Source: Candidatus Thorarchaeota archaeon
Lineage (GTDB): Archaea > Asgardarchaeota > Thorarchaeia > Thorarchaeales > Thorarchaeaceae
Assembly (NCBI GenBank): GCA_048884965.1
Contig: JBHLQH010000051.1
Coordinates: 1 to 17,759 of the forward strand
Length of the DNA stretch: 17,759 bases
Reading direction: 5' to 3'
Position numbers and translations under genes: made by a program. A model generated the notes under the pieces. The model saw only the letters and a list, made by a program, of their open reading frames with translations. It did not search any database and had not been told where the DNA came from. Position 1 is the first letter of the stretch, and the number at the start of each line of letters is the position of its first letter. This document shows positions 17,191-17,759 of the stretch, piece after piece.

Positions 17191-17589
17191 ATGAGAAGCA
17201 AAACTCCAGACACATATTGGTCTACTACAAATGCATTTCATTATCATCAGAATTCATACTCACAAGAGCTTAGAGAAGTAGCCATAGATTTGATTGAATC
17301 AATAAGAGCTGGGAGTCATCGAGGAACCCTTCTCTCACTTCATGGAGACCTTACCAATGCCCTAGATAGAATCTGGATGAGGGCCAGTGATGGCATTCTT
17401 CAAGTAGAATCTATTGCTGTTCTCAGAGCACTTCGAAAAGTGACTTGTCCAGATATACAGAGTCAATTACTAAAACCAACATTGGACTATAGGAAAATCC
17501 TGATGGACCTTAGGCTTTTTATCAATACTGTTGATCACCTACTCATGCCTACGATGAAAAACGCTTCATCGCAATATAGAGCATGGTGA
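17191..17589 (+). CDS. Hypothetical helical protein
   Basis: 132-aa ORF divergent from the Zn-ribbon gene and ending at a shared terminator. Confidence 0.65.
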   Translation: MRSKTPDTYWSTTNAFHYHQNSYSQELREVAIDLIESIRAGSHRGTLLSLHGDLTNALDRIWMRASDGILQVESIAVLRALRKVTCPDIQSQLLKPTLDYRKILMDLRLFINTVDHLLMPTMKNASSQYRAW

Positions 17590-17620
17590 AAAAAATAGGC
17601 TAACGTAATGTTAGCCTTTC
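17589..17620. terminator. Probably bidirectional hairpin terminator
   Basis: AGGCTAAC-GTAAT-GTTAGCCT (17597-17617) with A7 on the left (T-tract on the - strand) and TTT on the right, between convergent genes. Confidence 0.65.
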
Positions 17621-17624
17621 TAGT

Positions 17625-17759
17625 TTATCCGTACTTGATACGAGGATCAAGGACACCATACAATAGATCTGCAACGAAATTCGCAAGGATCGCAGTGATG
17701 GCGATGATCATGAATATCGCTTGGACTACTGGATAGTCAAGGATGAACAGGCTATCGAA
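17625..17759 (-). CDS. 3' end of an ABC peptide/nickel transporter permease (DppB/OppB type), truncated by the window edge
   Basis: Minus strand reads FDSLFILDYPVVQAIFMIIAITAILANFVADLLYGVLDPRIKYG*, containing the DYP...N..ADLLY..LDPRI signature. It is absent from the supplied ORF track. Confidence 0.92.
   Translation of the reverse strand, partial: FDSLFILDYPVVQAIFMIIAITAILANFVADLLYGVLDPRIKYG

Overview
Gene-dense archaeal window. The archaeal-type S-adenosylmethionine synthetase, HTH-CBS regulator, Hel308/Ski2-like helicase and GGTGA/GGAGG ribosome-binding sites indicate an archaeon; the overall gene style suggests an Asgard lineage such as Thorarchaeia (inference, not proven). From left to right: (1) the C-terminal anchor of a surface protein; (2) a + strand operon of amphi-Trp protein, DUF47/PhoU-like protein, NhaP-type (CPA1) antiporter with an unusual helical tail, and NhaA antiporter; (3) a - strand run of XRE-HTH/CBS regulator, a catalytically degenerate Ski2/Hel308-like helicase and a 218-aa helical protein that resembles eukaryotic CINP/C1orf109; (4) mat, transcribed divergently from the regulator across a perfect 8-3-8 palindrome; (5) several small membrane or hypothetical proteins, a membrane-anchored beta-propeller protein, two paralogous 2-TM microproteins, an MFS transporter, a Zn-ribbon protein and the 3' end of a DppB/OppB permease. 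No rRNA, tRNA, CRISPR array or mobile element was recognised. The top candidates for something new are the CINP/C1orf109-like protein beside the pseudo-helicase and a putative SAM-sensing HTH-CBS/mat switch. All family calls come from motif recognition by eye; no searches were run.
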